Shown here: one piece after another, positions 60,535-64,000 of the stretch
How positions within the stretch are numbered: the stretch's first letter is position 1
Layout of the letters: each line of letters opens with the position of its first letter
Source: Gammaproteobacteria bacterium
GTDB taxonomy: Bacteria > Pseudomonadota > Gammaproteobacteria > Eutrophobiales > Eutrophobiaceae
Reading direction: 5' to 3'
Length of the DNA stretch: 64,000 nt
NCBI GenBank assembly: GCA_012103475.1
Contig: WLWS01000001.1
Coordinates: forward strand, 641,881 to 705,880
Translations under genes and position numbers: made by a program
Notes under the pieces: generated by a model
Seen by the model: the letters and a program-made list of their open reading frames with translations, nothing else
Databases searched by the model: none
What the model was told of the DNA's origin: nothing

Positions 60535-61659
60535 CTAAAGCTTCATTTCTCCCATTCGAACTTCGATGTTATCGCGGGTAAATAACAGACGCGCACGTGT
60601 ATTACTTTGTTTTACGCGTTTGCCGTCTTTTACTTTCGGCTTAAAGCGCCATTTTTTCGCCACATCGAGGCTAACCTTATCAAATAGTTTTGCCGGCCTG
60701 GATTCGACCACTTTGGCTTTTTCCACTTTGCCATCGGTATTCACATCAAACTGTAAGAGCACCCAACCCTGAGGCTTTTTGCCATCCTTAAAAATAGGGT
60801 AAAGTGGCTGCATGATAAACAAGGGCTGTGACTCACCTTCCTGACCGGTGTAGTGTTTGAGCACTTTGTCAGCATGTTCCGTAAAACGATCATCGCGCAT
60901 GGCAATAAAAATCTTCGCCATTTTAGCGTGGGCAGAAAGTAGTATCGGATCATCTTCAACAAGATTGGTTTCATAGATACTCAAGGTACGCTTATAAAGC
61001 TCCTCGGCCCTCGGAAATTCCTGCTTCATCAAATGTAGATCGCCAAGTAAAGAAATTGTACTTGCTGTGCTTAAGGAGTTTTTTCCATATTTCTTGTCGA
61101 GTATCGCGAGTGCCTTCTCGTAATTTTTCTGTGCTTCATCGGGCTTTTCTGTTGCTACATCGAGTGTGGCCTGCTGGATAAGAAAATTAGCAATTTCCGG
61201 ATCTTCAGCACCTCGGGCTTTACTAATAATATCAATTGCCTTACCAAGTGCTTTACGTGATTTCGCCAGATCTTTTTTACTCGCGTATATTTTTGCCAGA
61301 TCTTCATGCACAGTAACCAGGCTGATGTGATCAGCGCCGTGAATCTTTTCAATTTTTTTCCTGGCCGAATTAATAATCGGTTCGGCTTCTTCTGTTTTCC
61401 TGATCAGAACCAGCACATGGCCATAGTTAATCTGCATGATAGCGGTCTTCTCATGCTCGGGACCAAGCTCTTTCTTTGCCATTGCCAAAGCTTTCTCGGC
61501 AAGCTCTGCAGCACGCGGATAGTTGCCTCTGGCATAGGCATTATTGTAAGCCTTGTAGGTTTTCGCAAAATCGTTGGTTATTTCCTGCGCTGATAATAAT
61601 AAGCCGGGACCAGACATCAGCAGGGCTAGCAGCAGACTAAAAATCTTTCTTACTCGCAT
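60535..61659 (-). CDS. Secreted TPR-repeat protein with C-terminal TonB-like domain
   Basis: 374 aa. It has a cleavable-type signal peptide, ~260 aa of TPR-like helical repeats, and a C-terminal ~80 aa resembling TonB_C (GWVLLQFDVNTDGKV...VESRP...FD..SLDVAKKWRFKP). Confidence 0.65.
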   Translation of the reverse strand: MRVRKIFSLLLALLMSGPGLLLSAQEITNDFAKTYKAYNNAYARGNYPRAAELAEKALAMAKKELGPEHEKTAIMQINYGHVLVLIRKTEEAEPIINSARKKIEKIHGADHISLVTVHEDLAKIYASKKDLAKSRKALGKAIDIISKARGAEDPEIANFLIQQATLDVATEKPDEAQKNYEKALAILDKKYGKNSLSTASTISLLGDLHLMKQEFPRAEELYKRTLSIYETNLVEDDPILLSAHAKMAKIFIAMRDDRFTEHADKVLKHYTGQEGESQPLFIMQPLYPIFKDGKKPQGWVLLQFDVNTDGKVEKAKVVESRPAKLFDKVSLDVAKKWRFKPKVKDGKRVKQSNTRARLLFTRDNIEVRMGEMKL

Positions 61660-61817
61660 TCTTTCATCCTTTGTTTATTGACGCTCTAATTGCGCTTATC
61701 TTACTAAAATTATTACTTTTGTATCGGAAGGATTTCAATTTTAAGGTTTTATTCAGAAGCCACCTTCTCTAATACATGACCGCGAGGCAGTCTTCGAGTT
61801 CAGACTTTTGCAGCAGC

Positions 61818-62564
61818 TCAGGGTTTTCCACAGACAGGGCAGGCTGGATTCTTTGGCAATATTGCCGTATTCCAATCCATATTGAGGATATCGATCAGCA
61901 TGAGCTTGCCCTGCAAAGTCTGGCCGATCTGCATGATCAGCTTCATGGCTTCGGCCGCCTGTATACTGCCGACAATACCAAGCAGCGGCGCCATCACCCC
62001 GTTTTCAGTACAGGTTTCGTCCGTTGCAGCGTTTTCACCGTATAAACAACGATAACAGGGAGAATCTGGATCGGTACTGTTGAAAACACTGATCTGGGCT
62101 TCAAAGCGTATGGCCGCGCCCGAGACCAGCGCTGTCCTGCTACTTACACAAGCCTGATTTATGGCAAAGCGCGTCTGAAAATTATCACTCGCATCAAGCA
62201 CTACATCGGCTAGTTGTACCTGCTGCAACAGCTCCTCTTGATCCAGAGCGTGGTCTATCAGAATCAGTTTCACATCCGGATTCAGTGCCAGTAGACGATC
62301 ACGCGCTGACTCCACCTTAAGCCGGCCGATATCATTTTCGCCATGCACAATCTGCCGCTGCAGATTGGATACATCAACCTTGTCAAAATCCACCAACACC
62401 AGTTCGCCAACACCAGCGGCACACAAATAGATGGAGGCGGCCGACCCGAGTCCACCAATACCGATAATCAGAACCCGCGACTCGGCCAGCCGAATCTGTC
62501 CTTGTGCATCAATCTCCGGCAACATTATCTGGCGGCTGTAACGAAGTAATTGTTTGTCTTCCAT
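61818..62564 (-). CDS. moeB: Molybdopterin-synthase adenylyltransferase (HesA/MoeB/ThiF family)
   Basis: 248 aa. It has RYSRQI, the nucleotide-binding GIGGLGS motif and two CxxC pairs (CYRC, CPVC). Confidence 0.85.
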   Translation of the reverse strand: MEDKQLLRYSRQIMLPEIDAQGQIRLAESRVLIIGIGGLGSAASIYLCAAGVGELVLVDFDKVDVSNLQRQIVHGENDIGRLKVESARDRLLALNPDVKLILIDHALDQEELLQQVQLADVVLDASDNFQTRFAINQACVSSRTALVSGAAIRFEAQISVFNSTDPDSPCYRCLYGENAATDETCTENGVMAPLLGIVGSIQAAEAMKLIMQIGQTLQGKLMLIDILNMDWNTAILPKNPACPVCGKP

Positions 62565-62610
62565 AGCAGAGGAGTATATTCCAGCAGACGCCTACTTGTA
62601 AGCGCCGGCT

Positions 62611-63021
62611 CTATTCAGAGCGATGCGTTAGCTGATGCTTACGCCATAAGTGCTTTTGATTGTTCGCGTTCGTGGCCTGTCTGAGCGCATGGTGATGAAC
62701 GTGAATGTCACGCACAAAGAACTGCCAGTGGGCGGGATTGAACAGATGTTCTTTTTCGTTCTCCTGCATATAAGCGACGAGATTCAAACACCCTCTCTGA
62801 ATCAGACCCAGCTTATTCTTGTCAAGATAAGAATTCAGCAAAGACCAGATTTCTGCAAAACAGATCTGCGGAAAATCGTATCTGATTTTTATACGCTGAT
62901 CGGCGAGCTCTGCCGCACTCACTCCCTCAAGCGCCAGAAGCTCCGACAACAATGCTTTTTCTGTGCTCTCAGTCAAAGGCTCTCGCAATTTGATAACTTT
63001 CTTTTCTATCCGCTTTTCCAT
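62611..63021 (-). CDS. Hypothetical protein, translationally coupled to prmC
   Basis: 136 aa from MEKRIEKK. Its ATG overlaps the prmC stop (TAATG). It has a His-rich C-terminal third (HVHHH...H...H). I recognise no family. Confidence 0.45.
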   Translation of the reverse strand: MEKRIEKKVIKLREPLTESTEKALLSELLALEGVSAAELADQRIKIRYDFPQICFAEIWSLLNSYLDKNKLGLIQRGCLNLVAYMQENEKEHLFNPAHWQFFVRDIHVHHHALRQATNANNQKHLWRKHQLTHRSE

Positions 63022-63851
63022 TATTTGATTGCACAACTACAACGTTGCAGGCCAGCATAATCCTGCAAAGTCCGGATTTGTGAATAATTATTCTGCGCCA
63101 GAAGATCCTGTAATGCTGTTGCCTGTTTATATCCATGCTCGACTAACAACATGCCGTCGTTTTTGAGAAAATCCCTTGCTTGTGGAATGATTACTGAAAA
63201 GGCATTCAAACCATCTTCTCCGCCATCAAGCGCGAGTCGCGGTTCAAAAGAGATCTCACCATCCTGTAATCCCTGATCAGCACTTTCAACGTAGGGAGGG
63301 TTGGAAACAATGAGATCAAACTGGCTTAACTTTATTTCCGAAAACCAGTTTGAATGCTGAAAATCCACATTCCTTATTTTTAGTCGTGTTGAGTTTTCTA
63401 TTGCCACCTGCAAAGCGGCCTCGCTGACATCGACAGCCAGTACTTGTGATGATGGACGCTCGCTGGCGACGGCCAGGGCAATCGCGCCACTGCCGGTACC
63501 TAGATCAAGAATACGACAACTTTGCCTGTCTGGAATAAACTCCAGTGCCTGCTCGACCACTATCTCCGTTTCGGGTCTGGGTATCAGGGTATTGCTATCA
63601 AGATCAAAATCCATCGACCAGAATTCTTTGCTGCCGAGTAGATACGCGAGCGGATAGTTCTGCTGTCTCTTTTCCAGTAAGGTAAAAAAATACGTCTCGA
63701 CATCTTCACTGACGCTCAGTTCCGGGTGCGCATAGAGCGATGCCCGACTGCTTTCCAGACAGTGCGCCAGCAATACTTCGGCTTCGAGTCTGGCCGAGTC
63801 CATGGTCTGTAGATCCTGTTCAGCCTTGAAGAGCAAATCCCGTATATTCAC
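63021..63851 (-). CDS. prmC: Peptide chain release factor N5-glutamine methyltransferase
   Basis: 276 aa with a GTG start. It has the SAM motif LDLGTGSGAIA and catalytic NPPY. Confidence 0.93.
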   Translation of the reverse strand: MNIRDLLFKAEQDLQTMDSARLEAEVLLAHCLESSRASLYAHPELSVSEDVETYFFTLLEKRQQNYPLAYLLGSKEFWSMDFDLDSNTLIPRPETEIVVEQALEFIPDRQSCRILDLGTGSGAIALAVASERPSSQVLAVDVSEAALQVAIENSTRLKIRNVDFQHSNWFSEIKLSQFDLIVSNPPYVESADQGLQDGEISFEPRLALDGGEDGLNAFSVIIPQARDFLKNDGMLLVEHGYKQATALQDLLAQNNYSQIRTLQDYAGLQRCSCAIK

Positions 63852-63869
63852 GGTGTCAACGCGCTGAGC

Positions 63870-64000
63870 TTAGTCAGACATTGCCGCAAGCTGATCGGCC
63901 TGATACTCATTTATCAGGGGCTCGATCACCATATCCAGATTACCCTGCAAAAATTCATCGAGCTTATACAGCGTCAGGTTGATGCGGTGGTCGGTTACCC
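63870..64000 (-). CDS. prfA: Peptide chain release factor 1, C-terminal fragment (runs off window)
   Basis: The translation ...[42 protein letters not shown] matches the RF1 C-terminus. It lies upstream of prmC, as usual. Confidence 0.9.
   Translation of the reverse strand, partial: VTDHRINLTLYKLDEFLQGNLDMVIEPLINEYQADQLAAMSD

Overview
This window looks like a core chromosomal segment of an aerobic gammaproteobacterium. All calls come from reading the supplied translations and DNA by eye; no database search was run. Gene order resembles Pseudomonas in two blocks: cutA-dsbD-aroQ-accB-accC-prmA-dusB-fis-purH-purD, and engB-cytochrome c4-dsbA-GGDEF.

Contents, from start to end:
- Phosphate/polyphosphate block: ppx, ppk1, phoU, a fused pstA-pstB ORF and pstC. 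There is no pstS in the window.
- Housekeeping genes: mltC, trmH, fxsA, hisBH, hemF, dgkA, rpmE, pmbA, moeB, prmC and a partial prfA.
- A Fur-box-controlled fbpABC iron transporter.
- A lemA / GIDE-EF-hand pair.
- A moxR-DUF58-tgpA operon.
- A small LysR-linked metabolic cluster (GST-like, Zn-ribbon, ureohydrolase, GNAT-DUF1415, rsgA) next to tRNA-Arg(CCG).

I found no transposase, integrase, prophage, CRISPR array or recognisable defence genes. I cannot honestly point to a clear new multi-gene system.

The most interesting signals:
1. The 476-bp ORF-free spacer between the nuclease gene and engB carries a tight cluster of consensus DnaA boxes. It also carries a sigmaE-type promoter plus intrinsic terminator that predict a ~120-nt sRNA convergent with engB. 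This is the position of Spot 42 in E. coli and ErsA in Pseudomonas.
2. Three coding lesions occur. uvrD has a ~100-codon internal deletion plus a frame change. prlC is frameshifted in an (AG)6 tract. pstA is fused in frame to pstB, with both alternative frames stopping exactly at the pstB start. Together they suggest either gene decay in a mismatch-repair-impaired lineage or assembly errors.
3. Several unusual domain combinations appear: GNAT-DUF1415, a secreted TPR-TonB_C protein and GIDE+EF-hand.

Start codons were re-chosen by eye where the ORF track was clearly over-extended.
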